Below, piece by piece: positions 38,764 to 50,261 of a stretch of DNA of 64,000 bases. Under the pieces are notes generated by a model. That model had not been told where the DNA came from and made no database searches. It was given only the letters and a program-made list of their open reading frames with translations. Each line of letters opens with the position of its first letter. The stretch's first letter is position 1. The translations under genes were made by a program, and so were the position numbers. The stretch covers positions 354,157 to 418,156 of the forward strand of contig JBNGIO010006304.1 in assembly GCA_049999805.1 (NCBI GenBank), read 5' to 3'. The stretch is from Folioceros fuciformis. Taxonomy: Eukaryota.

Positions 38764-39438
38764 ATGCGCAGCAGTATGTCGATAGCGTTGAAAGGAGTTG
38801 CAGGTGGCTTGGAGGGGCGGGGCGCGCTCATCGTGCTGGAGGGCCTGGATCGGTGCGGGAAGAGCTCTCAGAGCGCCAGTCTCACGTCCTTCCTGGAGGC
38901 CAGTGGTGTGCCTGTGGAGGCTTTGCGGTTTCCAGATCGCACCACTGCTGTCGGTCAGATGATCTCCTCCTATCTCAGCAGGGACAAGGAGATCGATGAC
39001 AGAGTGGTGCATCTGCTCTTCTCCGCTAACCGGTGGGAGAAGCAAGCCTTCATCGAATCCAGGTTGCGAGCAGGAGTCACGGTTGTTGTCGACCGCTACT
39101 CTTACTCCGGGGTTGCCTTCACGGCTGCAAAAGGGTACGACTTGGAGTGGTGCAAGCAACCAGAGAGGGGCCTTCCCGCTCCGGATCTGGTCTTCTATCT
39201 TGATATCTCGGCTGAAGAAGCAGCCATGAGAGGGAAATATGGCGAGGAGCGGTATGAGAACCTCGATTTCCAGCAACAAGTTGCAAAACAGTATCAGCTT
39301 CTGCGCGACTCAACCTGGATGGAGGTGGACGCGATGCAGTCCATGGAGGACATGCATGAGATAATTCGCGAGGAGACGCTCAAGGTTGTCCAGCTCTGTC
39401 GTGGTGGTAGGCGGCTCTGGTCACTGTGGCAGTCATGA
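38764..39438 (+). CDS. Thymidylate (dTMP) kinase, single exon
   Basis: RGALIVLEGLDRCGKSSQ P-loop, RFPDRTT, LLFSANRWE, VDRYSYSGVAF and YGEERYE. Confidence 0.93.
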   Translation: MRSSMSIALKGVAGGLEGRGALIVLEGLDRCGKSSQSASLTSFLEASGVPVEALRFPDRTTAVGQMISSYLSRDKEIDDRVVHLLFSANRWEKQAFIESRLRAGVTVVVDRYSYSGVAFTAAKGYDLEWCKQPERGLPAPDLVFYLDISAEEAAMRGKYGEERYENLDFQQQVAKQYQLLRDSTWMEVDAMQSMEDMHEIIREETLKVVQLCRGGRRLWSLWQS

Positions 39439-40348
39439 GCGACGATGTTTCCTTTGTCAGCGTTTGGATTTAGGGTTGGAGGATGTCATCCGTATCCGCT
39501 ATCCGACCTGACGCTCCATGACACGGTGAGTACGTAGTTGAGTCTCAATTGCTTGGTTTGCACGAGATGGATGCGGACAGAATTTGAAGTTTTGAACCAG
39601 TTCTGGAGACTAATCTCCCCGAGTTGTTAGTGCCTCCAGTTGCTCCACCGGCTTTTGACGGCTTTGTTTTGGCCATTTGTTCTTTTGTAGCAGCATCGTC
39701 GTTACTCACTGGGTTGGGCACGTTTCTCGTGATTCATGCTGTCGCTCCTTGTACAGCGATGGTGGGCTGTCAGGGGGTTTTCGTGACTCGGGATATCTGC
39801 CTAGTTTTACGGGTCCTTCTTCATTGAGAAGAGGGTATCTTGGAGAAGCAGGAAGGTCCCTCATCACCGCCGGTGTGCTGCATTCCAGCAGGGCTCGGCC
39901 TGAAGGTGCATTTCTCGAGTGGTACGTATGGGGATGCAGAATTGCGGTCTGCCTTTGTCACGCCAACTGTGTGAACGTGTTCTTAGGGAGGGGCGGTTCA
40001 GAAGTTGCATCGTTTCCGTCGTTGCGATTTTATCAGAGTGAGAATCCCTAGCATAGTGGACAGAACTGTCGACCACTTACATATCTACGACCTAGAACGT
40101 ATTGGGAACGGCATCCTGAAATGGTTCATCTTTTAATGAAACCCGGTCCGAAATGTCCCGTTATCGCGTCCATCCGGCATGTGAAAGAGGTGGCTTGCTC
40201 TTCAGTTCACGTTACTCCATATACCCGAAGAGTGTGGAGGACACACACTCCAGTCTCCACTGTGTGTGAATGACTTGTGATGTCGGTTGACTACTAAGTT
40301 GTGAGTGCCACCAAGTACTCTCCCGACAAGTTTGGCCTCGGGAAGATG

Positions 40349-42199
40349 TCACTCGATTTCCGGCCCTAGCCTGTGCTTGAGAATCTGGACTCCCATGTAT
40401 CTGCTCAACCAGCCACCGCGCATGCAAGTGAGTTGCAAGTACCATCTCTGACTGGTGCTCTGCCGACAAACACAGCAACCTGGGACTCTCACCTTCCCAA
40501 CATCATGACAGTCGCCTGCGGATTTGCACCAGGAGAGACTGTCGATGCAGAGCCATCCACCATACGGAGGCTACGCACCCCCTTCACCAGGTGACGGCTG
40601 TCCAGCACAGAGCCGGCGCGGCAACCGCCATGGTAGTGCCAGATGGTGCTCAATGTATCCTTGCACCACTGCTCCAGTCTCCGGCGGGTGTCATTCACGT
40701 AGCGGTGGAGCAACATTTTGGCCAGGTCTGGAAAGGAGGACAAGTGCTGCAACGCCTGGCCGTATCCGTACGTGAAGTTCAGGAAGGCCTTGGTGCGCAC
40801 AAGGCGATCAAGCAGCCGCATTCCATCCAGGCACGACCGAGGATCCTCAGGGCTCTCGTAGTAGTCAAACCGCACCAGAGGAGAGTCCATGGCATCAGCG
40901 CTGCGGAGCTTGAGCCACCCTGGCAACCGCGGCCGGTATAGCTGTGACACAATCCACCATCGTAGCACAGAGTGGCGTCAGAGACAGGCTAGGATGATGA
41001 CATGGGACTGCGACAGCACTGGCAAGAAGTTGAATCAGGGAACATGGCCGCGATCGGCACAGCCTCGCCTTTTGGAGAACGAAGCTTCCTTGCACCAACG
41101 GAGCGTGAGGTGAAAGTGACAAGTCCCGCAAGTGGAGGGCGAACTGTTGCACCCGGTCCAGGCTGCTCAAGTCAATCCCTCCCGCCACAACCAGCATCCC
41201 GATTCCGCTTGCGCCTTCGGCGATGTTGCCTTGACCGGTAATGCCGACGACCTGCACGAAGGATCCTTCAACCGGGCTCGGCGATGGCACGAACACACTG
41301 TTCTTCGGGTTGTCAGCCATGCCCTCCCCGACGCCGTCCAGCTCCACCTCCTGCCGGATGCCGAACTCCGCCAGCTTCGACGCCGGCCCAATTCCGCTCA
41401 ATAGCAGCAGCTGCGGGCTCCCGAGCGCTCCCGCCGAGAGCACCACCTCCCCGCCCGGGCGCAGCAGAGCGACGTGCTTGGCCCCGGAGAGGTCCTTGTA
41501 CTCCACACCGTATGCCTGGCGATGGCGGGAAGCGGCGGAGGCATTGCGGAGCAGAATTCTGGTCGCGTAGGCATGGACGTAGACGGTGAGGCGCGTGGGA
41601 TCCGCGTACTGGAGCAAGTCGGCTGCCGTGTGGCGATGCGCATTGGCGTCAAAGATGGAGCCTCCGACCTTGGTTCCCAGCACATGCCGGTACTTGTCTC
41701 CGTTATCCGGCTCGACGCCTGCTTCCACAAGCCCCAGCCTGAGGGCCTCCTGCCACGGACGGAGCGTGGGGAATCCAGCCACCACTCGCGCAACCCAGGC
41801 GTACGAGGCCTTCACCAGCTCCCCGTCCCACCCGAAACTACGCACGTCGTCGTCACTGGCGTAGGTGAAGAATCCCGCGTTCACAGCACTCCCCCCTCCC
41901 AAAACGTTGGCTCGGAGACTCACCACCCCGTCTTCGGAGGTGAACCTCTGGCCGGCAGTTGTCGGCGTCGTGGCTGCCTGCACTTGAATCCGAGTGTATC
42001 CCACAGCTTGTTCCACATCGGGGTCTGTGTATGGAAGGCCACCCCATTCCAGCAGCAGGACGGTGAAATTCTGGGACAGGGTGGCGGCGAGGGGGCATCC
42101 CGCTGTGCCGCCTCCTACTACGACGTAGTCGTAAAAGGAATGTTCCGCCGGTGCGGAGGTTGCATTGTGCAGGAAAGCGTGCTTGGGATCCATGTCCAT
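40349..42199 (-). CDS. GMC (FAD) oxidoreductase, HOTHEAD/mandelonitrile-lyase-like; 5' end uncertain
   Basis: YDYVVVGGGTAGCPLAATLS, VLGGGSAVNAGF, HRHTAADLL, LSAGALGSPQLLLLSGIGP, TIWHYHGGC and PGANPQATVMMLGR|YMG. Confidence 0.9.
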
Positions 42200-43552
42200 C
42201 AAGCCTGCTCCTAGGCCACACGGCTGTGCAAATCAGGCCTGAATCGTACACGAATGCAATTCGACTCCGACAGGCATATAATCCCAAGTTGTACATGTGA
42301 AGACCAATGAGCAGCCAGGCTTATGGCGAGAAGCCTTTGTGTTTGTGGATTCATGAGATGACGATCTGTTAAGATCTCTTTTCCATCAGAGAGCTTCATG
42401 TCTGACATCGATGCAGCTGTGGCCTGAAAATCCTCTTACACCTTCAAACAGGGAAAAACACATGACGCAGGCAACTGCAAACACGCACAGCTTCAATCAG
42501 AGGCAGGTCCAGTACCTGGCTCACACCAGACCTGGTGCAGCGAATTGCAGACAGCAAGGTACCCCAAAACGAGTTGTGACATCTTTAACCCGCTGAAAGG
42601 AGGAGGAGGAGAAGAAGAAATGCATCTAGGTGGAGTCCGTGAAGTCGCTTTTGGAGCAGTGGGATTTTGTAATGTCGCACACGGGCATTGCGAGCAACCC
42701 TAAGGGAGCCGTGTGATCTTCTGACGCTGGAGTGAAAGCGGATGGCCATCCACGACGCGAGGTGGTGGGAGTCACTGGTACAACTGCCACCGACCGCGGC
42801 ACATGTCGAGGTCGTTGTGCGCAGTCGCAGTCGCAGTCGCAGCCGCAGCCGCAGCGGCATCCGTAGGCTTGGCATGAAGGAGTTTGCGGCCACGGAAACC
42901 GTCGGATGCGAGGGGATAATCCTGGGGCGGCTTGGGTTTTGCAACGGGATTGGAGCGGGGAGAGGGGAGGGGAGAGTGAAAAAGTTACTGCCCTGGTAAC
43001 AGAGAGGAGGAGGTGGTCAGTGTGGTGCAGGTGAAGCGAGTGAGACAGAGCAACCGCCACAGAAGCTCATCAGGCAGCGCCGTTGGAACAGTTGTAGTAT
43101 ATCGCCGCTTGAGGAAGGATGGCGTTGCGGCTGCTGGATGTGGGGACGATCGAGGTGCCGCCACGGCCCGGAGGCTGCGGCATGTGTAGGAGAAGTTTGT
43201 AGGCATCCGGGTTTAAATCTCTGCACAGTGAATTGCGCGTGGTGAGGAAGCGCGCACCTCTAGTGAACCTGTTTGTGGCAGGATTTCTGGCTTTATTGCA
43301 TGTCTTGTGTGCGGAGGTGGGATTGCTTTTGAGGTTTTCTTGTGAGGGAATTCGGAGGGAGAAAGGGAGCAACGAGAGCTGGGAATTGCCGAGGTTGTAG
43401 AGCAACCTCTGGGAGGAGATGGTGGAGGGATGAAGGATTGTAGGATTCTGTAAGCTGTGGTTAGGGATTTTTACTAGGAACTTGTGAAGGAGAGGGAGGG
43501 ACCTAACCGGATTGTGGAGGGAGAGGGTCAGAGGCTGTTGTGATCGTCTTGA

Positions 43553-44563
43553 ATGGCGGCCATGTCGGGCGTCCGGGAGGATAACGAGGATGTGTTGCCG
43601 GTTGTAGATCGGGGTGCGGCAGACGACGGGCCAATTGGTGTGGCGCAGGAAGGGGTTGATCGTCTGGAAGATTCGGATCATGTAGATGCTCCAGATGGTT
43701 ACCAGGGGAGCCATCCGGAGCAGCCACAGCAGCTGTCACAGGAGCAGCCACAGCAGCTGGCACAGGAGAAGCCACAGCTGCAGGCACAGGAGCAGCCACA
43801 GCCGCAGGCACAGGAGCAGCTACAGCTGCAGGCACAGGATCAGCGACAGCTGCAGGCACAGGAGCAGCCACAGCTGCAGGCTCAGGAGCAACCACAGCAG
43901 CAGGCACAGGGTCAGCCCCTGCAGCTGGGGGTGGCGGAATCTTCCTTCAACGGAACGATTCAGGCTCTTGTACGAAGGTCCAAGCAAATCCCTGAGTATA
44001 CCTCTAGCCATTATCAGCACTGGCAGACGATGAGGGACGACATGAGGCATGGCCAACAAGATTCGCTGCAAAAGGTAAACCAACAGGGCTACAACGACAG
44101 GCTCACTCTTCACATTGGTGGCACCCGGTTTGAGACCTCCAGGCAGACTCTCTGTGTGGATGCCGATTCTATGCTTGCTGCCTGGGTGCTCCGGCACCTG
44201 AATGACGGTGACACTATGATGTGGCTAGATAGAGATGGAAACAGATTTGGCCACGTTTTGAATTACCTCAGAAATGGCACCATTTTCCTTCAGGATGTGC
44301 CGTCTCTTAGAGCAGTGCAAGAGGAGGCTGCTTTTTTCGGTCTCAGTGGCTTGCAAGCCCTCTGTGAGGAGAGAATCAAACACCTTGAAATAAGGGAACG
44401 AGATAAGATGCGGAAGAAGGAACAGTATCAGGAACACGTGATGGCGTTGCTTAGAGCCATCCTTGATAGAGAGCCACGTTGCCCGCACAGCAAAGCACCT
44501 CCAGTCGTGGCAAGAGCTCTACCAAAGGAAGATCCAATTTTCGACACGAACGTTGATTTTTGA
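43553..44563 (+). CDS. KCTD/T1-type BTB-domain protein with a Q/E-rich repeat, single exon
   Basis: LHIGGTRFETSRQTL, WLDRDGNRFGHVLNYLRNG and EEAAFFGLSGL. A 24-bp coding repeat (QEQPQLQA) spans 43717-43925. Confidence 0.8.
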   Translation: MAAMSGVREDNEDVLPVVDRGAADDGPIGVAQEGVDRLEDSDHVDAPDGYQGSHPEQPQQLSQEQPQQLAQEKPQLQAQEQPQPQAQEQLQLQAQDQRQLQAQEQPQLQAQEQPQQQAQGQPLQLGVAESSFNGTIQALVRRSKQIPEYTSSHYQHWQTMRDDMRHGQQDSLQKVNQQGYNDRLTLHIGGTRFETSRQTLCVDADSMLAAWVLRHLNDGDTMMWLDRDGNRFGHVLNYLRNGTIFLQDVPSLRAVQEEAAFFGLSGLQALCEERIKHLEIRERDKMRKKEQYQEHVMALLRAILDREPRCPHSKAPPVVARALPKEDPIFDTNVDF

Positions 44564-45307
44564 AGGTTGTTTTCCTCCTCTCCAGTCACTTGTTCAATGC
44601 GAAGGCAATCCTGCCAAGTCCCTGACCCTGCAGTTGCCAGCCAACCACTCTTGACTGTTACCAGGTCTGCCCGTTCAAGCTGAGCCTCAATGTGGATGAG
44701 TCTCTGATGTGAATTCAAAGACCTAGCCTCTCTGGATGGCTCATTGACAATTGTGAATGTCATTCTATCAGTTTTTCGTGATTACATAACTGAAATGGAT
44801 CACGCAAACCTTGTTTCATAAGATAATAGCTGCATAGGTACGTTTACAACTGCCATATATTGCGGGCTACCTACACGATGTCAAGGACATCGCTATGTAC
44901 CGCCCAAAACGTCATAAATCGGACACAGGTGAGACCTATCCACCTCGATTGGTGTTTAATCCACGGCACTTCACCTGTCTCAGATCAGATTCCTGTTCCC
45001 GTTTCCGCTCAAATCTCTTCCGTCGGTGTTTCCAAGGGACTGCAACGACCGAGACCGAATTCATTAGAAGTAACCAGCTTCACGACCAGATTCACGACCA
45101 GTAGTAACCATGACCTTCCAGTTCTGGTCTCGTCGGTATGACACGATTATCAGTCCCCTGGACGGCACAGCGAAACGAGTACTGTGACACTTTGAGGTTA
45201 CTGACGCACGTCGTCCAACGTGATGGCCTTCGCCAAACAGACATCTCCTTGCTGGACAACCGCACTACAGTGCAAGACCTGAGAGTTGTCGAGCACAGCC
45301 GATCGCC

Positions 45308-47452
45308 TTATGCAGGTTGTCTCGTGAGTGGCCTTGACCACTCCCCACTGCGAAGCCATGTTTGGACAGCATCACCAGATGCCAAGAGAAAATGGAGCGT
45401 GTCCCGCCCATCTTCTGACATGGTAGACTTCTCGGTGAAAGGAGATTTTCTCGCAGTCAAATAAGAGATTACTGCGTCTTTCTTTTTCTGCTCTGTGTCT
45501 ACCCATCGACCCCTCCCTGATCCAGTTTCTATCATAACTACTTTAGGCAGTTCTTGCTTCTCCTCGAGCACCTGAGACAGAGTGCGCATCCACCACTCAA
45601 CAGCACACTGGGATGCGCCCAGGGAGAGGTGGCGTAAATGCAGTCGCCACACTGCAGGTGCACGGGATTGAATATCTGCAAATACTCCCAGGTTCACTGA
45701 CAGCATAAGTAGATCTGACGCCCTAGCCTCAATATCCGTCACCCGACAAAAATCAACCATAGCATTGATGAACCTACGATAGGTCGCAGCTGGGTACCTC
45801 TGCGTTAACGAATGGAGCACAAGGTGAAGTTCTTTCTCCTCTGACCCCGGAGAAATCAATTTCTGCACTGTGTCGTGCAATTCCAGGTTACCCTTCTTGA
45901 AAATCCCGAAGACAGTACTCCGCTGCTCATCGTTCTCACAGAGAACCAAGATACTGAAAAGACTGCTCCACAGCAGATCATCTGGCTCACATCCACAGCT
46001 GATCATTTCATCAAAGAGCTCATTAACTCTCGCAAAATCCTTCGCTTGTCCATGAGCCTGGATTAGTGAGGTATATGTGACAACATCCCTGGAGAATCCA
46101 GACCGAATCATTCGTGAAAAAGCACTCATGGCCTTGTCCTTGCTGCCACGCTTAGCATACAAGTGCAGCATAGTCTTGTACGAGTACGCATTTGGTGGCA
46201 TCCCGAATTTTTGCATGTCATTGAAAATCTTTTCAGCTTGCTCCTCAGAACCATACTCCGCACAATGTTTGAGAACTGAGTTATGAACAACCGCATCACA
46301 ATCCCAGCCTTCCCGTTGCATTCGATGGAAAAGGTCTAGACAATCCTGAAATTGCCCACCTTTACCATAGGCATCAATCATAGAGCTAACGGTTACAGCA
46401 TTGGGCTTCAGACCAGAGGTGATCATCTCATTCATCACTCCTGCAGCTTCATCAGTTCTTCCTGCATCGCCATAGATCCGAATCAGAATATTATAGACAA
46501 CTGTGGTAGGCTTCACCCCTGAATTCCTCATCTCCTTGTAAGTCCTCTCAACGTCTGTGTACCTACCAGCGTTGCCCAACATATTCAAAATGGTACCATA
46601 TGTGACGATATCGAATTTCCAGCCAGCATCTCTGAGCTCATAGAAGAGAACAAGCGCTTGCTTTACATTACCCGCTTTCGCATACACGTCCAGGACGGAA
46701 CAATACGTCACGGCATCGGGAACACAGCCGGCATCATGCATCTTTTCGTACCATTCCAAAGCCTGTTCATGGCGATTGCACCTGCTCGCACAGCTTATCA
46801 AAGTGCTGTAAGTGATGTTATCAGGAGACATACCCTTCTGAATCATCTCCACCACCAAACCCTCTGCCAGGTCCCACTGCCGGCCTTTCCTCAGCAATTT
46901 CACCATGACATTGTAGGTGAAGACATTCAAGTCATACTCTTTGGATTCGGCCCACCTGAAAAAGGGCAAAGCTTTCTCCCACCTTCCCAGAGAATTCAAA
47001 ATGGTCACCAAGCTGCGTGCGCTCAAGGGAGTCCCCCACCCTTCCATAGCCAGAGCTACCCCTGCCTCTGTCTCATCGCAGCCCTTCAACCTCCCCAGGA
47101 TGGACGGTAAAACCGACAGAGGCCTTTCCACCTTTCCAGCCTCCACAGAGCCTACATTCCGGTCAGTCCCCTCCGAACCCTGTCCCCGTCTCCACCTATC
47201 CACCCCCACCGCATTCCTAGACACTCTTTGGCTGGAGAACTCCGAATGCAGCTTCCGCAACTGCTTGACCATGGAGGAGGAGCCTGAATCGCTGGATCCC
47301 GCCGTCTCATCGGGAGAAACCGTGGGTGCAGCATTTTCACTCAAGCAGCACACATAACGCCACTTGCATGCTCTCCTGGTGTCCGAGCACGACGTCGATG
47401 GGAGAGCGTGGCTTAAGCCAAGGAGCTGCGTCGAATGAGAGGACATAGCCAT
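45308..47452 (-). CDS. P-class PPR protein with C-terminal SMR domain (SVR7/ATP4-like), single exon
   Basis: Tandem 35-aa PPR motifs (YNVMVKLLRK, PDNITYSTLISCA, PDAVTYCSVLDVY). SMR-like region WRLHLRHLSLGA...IETGSG. Confidence 0.9.
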   Translation of the reverse strand: MAMSSHSTQLLGLSHALPSTSCSDTRRACKWRYVCCLSENAAPTVSPDETAGSSDSGSSSMVKQLRKLHSEFSSQRVSRNAVGVDRWRRGQGSEGTDRNVGSVEAGKVERPLSVLPSILGRLKGCDETEAGVALAMEGWGTPLSARSLVTILNSLGRWEKALPFFRWAESKEYDLNVFTYNVMVKLLRKGRQWDLAEGLVVEMIQKGMSPDNITYSTLISCASRCNRHEQALEWYEKMHDAGCVPDAVTYCSVLDVYAKAGNVKQALVLFYELRDAGWKFDIVTYGTILNMLGNAGRYTDVERTYKEMRNSGVKPTTVVYNILIRIYGDAGRTDEAAGVMNEMITSGLKPNAVTVSSMIDAYGKGGQFQDCLDLFHRMQREGWDCDAVVHNSVLKHCAEYGSEEQAEKIFNDMQKFGMPPNAYSYKTMLHLYAKRGSKDKAMSAFSRMIRSGFSRDVVTYTSLIQAHGQAKDFARVNELFDEMISCGCEPDDLLWSSLFSILVLCENDEQRSTVFGIFKKGNLELHDTVQKLISPGSEEKELHLVLHSLTQRYPAATYRRFINAMVDFCRVTDIEARASDLLMLSVNLGVFADIQSRAPAVWRLHLRHLSLGASQCAVEWWMRTLSQVLEEKQELPKVVMIETGSGRGRWVDTEQKKKDAVISYLTARKSPFTEKSTMSEDGRDTLHFLLASGDAVQTWLRSGEWSRPLTRQPA

Positions 47453-47667
47453 AGCACCAGATTCCTACCCCAAAACGCCAGTTCTAAGTCTAGCATCCCA
47501 TCTCCAATTACATTCCACAACAGTGTCGTCTCGTGAGGCCTTCGACTAGCGTTGGAACATGCATGGCTTAGGGCTTTGCTCCAAACCTAACACCCAAGCC
47601 TCCCGGCTCGGTTGAATATGTACTCCCGTCGACTTGGAAATTCCTCATCTCTCATCATAGGTGTTCT

Positions 47668-48198
47668 GTATGGGATGCCAAAGGGGACACGCCCCCTCTC
47701 TCTAGGGATTTTTTACAAACGCACCGGTTATGCGTCCCCTTTGGCGCGTACGCGACTTTGAAGGCCAAAACCAAACCGGACATCCAGCATACCGCAAACC
47801 AAACCCTTTCGCGAGGACCACAACCCAAACCAAACCCCTTCCTGCCATCCAGCACCCCCTTCCTGCCATCCAGCACCCACCCCCNNNNNNNNNNNNNNNN
47901 NNNNNNNNNNNNNNNNNNNNNNNNNNNNNNNNNNNNNNNNNNNNNNNNNNNNNNNNNNNNNNNNNNNNNNNNNNNNNNNNNNNNCCATCCAGCTGTGAAC
48001 ATGAAAACGAAGAGTTATGGTTTTTTCTGTGTCTGTCCCCTTTGGTGCGGAGTCCAGTTTGGTCCGTTTTGGTAAACCGTTACCAAAACGGACAGGAGTC
48101 CGATTTGGTAGGCATAAAAAAGGAATTTTCTGGTAAATACCCATGGGAAAGCATTAAAAACTATATATAGTGAGAGAGTGTCCCCTTTGGTATGCCAT
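47668..48198. mobile_element. Putative MITE with ~21-bp imperfect terminal inverted repeats
   Basis: ATGGGATGCCAAAGGGGACAC (47670) is inverted with GTGTCCCCTTTGGTATGCCAT (48178-48198). The left arm matches the repeats at 1180-1298 and 1597-1708. No TSD was identified. Confidence 0.65.
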
Positions 48199-48266
48199 CG
48201 AGGACCTCGCGGGATTTTTGAGTCTGTGTGTGCCCCTTGTGAGTACCATTTGAGGGCCGATGAGCT

Positions 48267-50261
48267 ATGGCCGGGGTGAAGCGTAAATCGCTTCTGGACG
48301 AAGAGGATGATGATCATAATGGTGTTGGGAACCAGGTTACCCTCAAAGTGAACAAGGTGTATGCTGAACGGTTTGAGCACAACAAGCGAAGAGAGGATTT
48401 GCATCGCCTGCAGGAGTTGCAGAAAAAGGGCATTGGTCTGTCGGACGGGGAAGATAGCAATGGATCGTCTGAGGGGGAGGAGGAGGATGAGGATGGGTTG
48501 TTGCCTGAGCGCGTGAATCTGCAGATCTTCGAGACTCTAGCTAAGATTAGGAAGAAGGACCCGTCGATTTACTCGTCAGATGCCAAGTTTTATGATGAAG
48601 AGGAAGATGGAGAGGAGTCACATGAGGAGGGGAAGGGTATCGAGAAGAAGAAAAAGCCGCTGTATCTGAAGGACGTGATTGCCAAGCAGCTTCTGGAAGA
48701 CGACGGACCGGACGCGAAGGAGGTGCCTGTCAAGCCAGGGCCCGGGAAGAGCTATGTTCAGGAGCAGCAAGAGTTGAAAAGAGCCTTCCTGGAAAGTGTG
48801 ACCAAGGCTGATGTCGACGATGCGGATGGCTTGTTTCTGGTAAGGAAGAAGACGAAGGAGGAGCTTGAGAAGGAGACAGAGGAGACTGTGGCAGAGGGTG
48901 ACGAGACGAGAAAGGATGTGGGGGCCGTTATCGAAGAGTATTTTGGTAATGACACAGACCTGGATGAGAACGAAAGATTTCTGAAGTCATATATCCAGAA
49001 CCAGGGTTGGATTGACCGAGAGAGTAGGAAGGAGCCATCGTTTGGTGATATTGATGTTGGTGAAGATGATGAGGAAGTAGAGAAGCAGGATAGGTTTGAG
49101 GCTGAGTACAATTTCAGATACCAGGATGAAGACGGGTTTCAGGTCCAGGGCTGTCCTCGCATATTGGCAGGGTCTGTGAGGAAGAAACCTGACCAAAGGA
49201 AAAAGCAAAGACTAAGCAAGCAGGAGAGGCTGACAGAACAGGAGAGGGCCAGACAGGAAGAGGTGAAACGTTTGAAGAACGTAAAGAGGAATGAACTCTT
49301 GGAAAAGCTTGAGCAGATCAGAAGCATCGCTGGTGCTGACGAGGAAGCCTTAGCTGCTTTGGGCGAGGATGATCTAGAGGAGGATTTCAATCCAGATGAG
49401 TATGACAAGAAGATGGCTGAGGCTTTTGGTGATGCCTACTATGGTGGCCACGATGTTGATGACAGATTCAATAAGGATGATGCTGATGATTTTGATGAAA
49501 TGGACGACATGGAGAAACCTGATTTTGAGGCTGAAGATGAGCTGTTGGGACTGCCCGAGGGGTGGGACAGTGGGGCCAAGACTGGCTTTTCAGCTGTCTA
49601 CGCAAAGCAAAAGAAAGTTGACATTGATGGCACAGCTTCTTCCGCAGGGGAGAAGAAGACCTTGAAAATGTCTCTCAAGGACAAGATGGAGTTTGAAAAG
49701 AAAATGGAAGAGTACTACAAGCTGGACTATGAAGACGTGGTGGGGGATTTACCAACGAGGTTCAAGTACACGAAGGTTAAACGCAATCTGTATGGCTTGA
49801 GAACTAAGGATATCTTAAATACAGATGACCAGGACCTAAATCAATATGTGTCTCTTAAGAAGCTTGCCCCTTATCGGACTGAAGAGTGGAAGGTTCCCCG
49901 ACATCTTCGCCAACAACGTTTTAGTAGGAAGGACCGGGAAAAGAGATCTTTGGATGTTGTCCCGAGCGACAGCAGTAGCGCCAAAGAGCTGAAGTCCAAT
50001 GCTGATGCGCATGGGGCTCCAGCAAGTACTAGTACAGGTATGGGGTTAGATAGCACTGAATCGGTGGCAACCAAGGCGGAGAAGGGAAGCCAACCGAATG
50101 GCAAAATAGCTGAGCAAGGCAATGAAATTATTTCCAAGAGCAAGAAAAAGAGGAGGAGACAGAAAGGTCCCCAGCTCCCCATGTCTCGGTTACTAGCATA
50201 TAGAGGGATCCAACCCCCTCCGAAAAAGCAGAAGAAGCAAAAGGTTGCTCCATCCAATTGA
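48267..50261 (+). CDS. KRI1: KRI1 homolog (40S ribosome biogenesis, KRR1-interacting), single exon
   Basis: YAERFEHNKRREDL, FEAEYNFRY, EEVKRLKNVKR, YYKLDYEDVVGDLPTRFKY and LNQYVSLKKLAPYR. Confidence 0.92.
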   Translation: MAGVKRKSLLDEEDDDHNGVGNQVTLKVNKVYAERFEHNKRREDLHRLQELQKKGIGLSDGEDSNGSSEGEEEDEDGLLPERVNLQIFETLAKIRKKDPSIYSSDAKFYDEEEDGEESHEEGKGIEKKKKPLYLKDVIAKQLLEDDGPDAKEVPVKPGPGKSYVQEQQELKRAFLESVTKADVDDADGLFLVRKKTKEELEKETEETVAEGDETRKDVGAVIEEYFGNDTDLDENERFLKSYIQNQGWIDRESRKEPSFGDIDVGEDDEEVEKQDRFEAEYNFRYQDEDGFQVQGCPRILAGSVRKKPDQRKKQRLSKQERLTEQERARQEEVKRLKNVKRNELLEKLEQIRSIAGADEEALAALGEDDLEEDFNPDEYDKKMAEAFGDAYYGGHDVDDRFNKDDADDFDEMDDMEKPDFEAEDELLGLPEGWDSGAKTGFSAVYAKQKKVDIDGTASSAGEKKTLKMSLKDKMEFEKKMEEYYKLDYEDVVGDLPTRFKYTKVKRNLYGLRTKDILNTDDQDLNQYVSLKKLAPYRTEEWKVPRHLRQQRFSRKDREKRSLDVVPSDSSSAKELKSNADAHGAPASTSTGMGLDSTESVATKAEKGSQPNGKIAEQGNEIISKSKKKRRRQKGPQLPMSRLLAYRGIQPPPKKQKKQKVAPSN

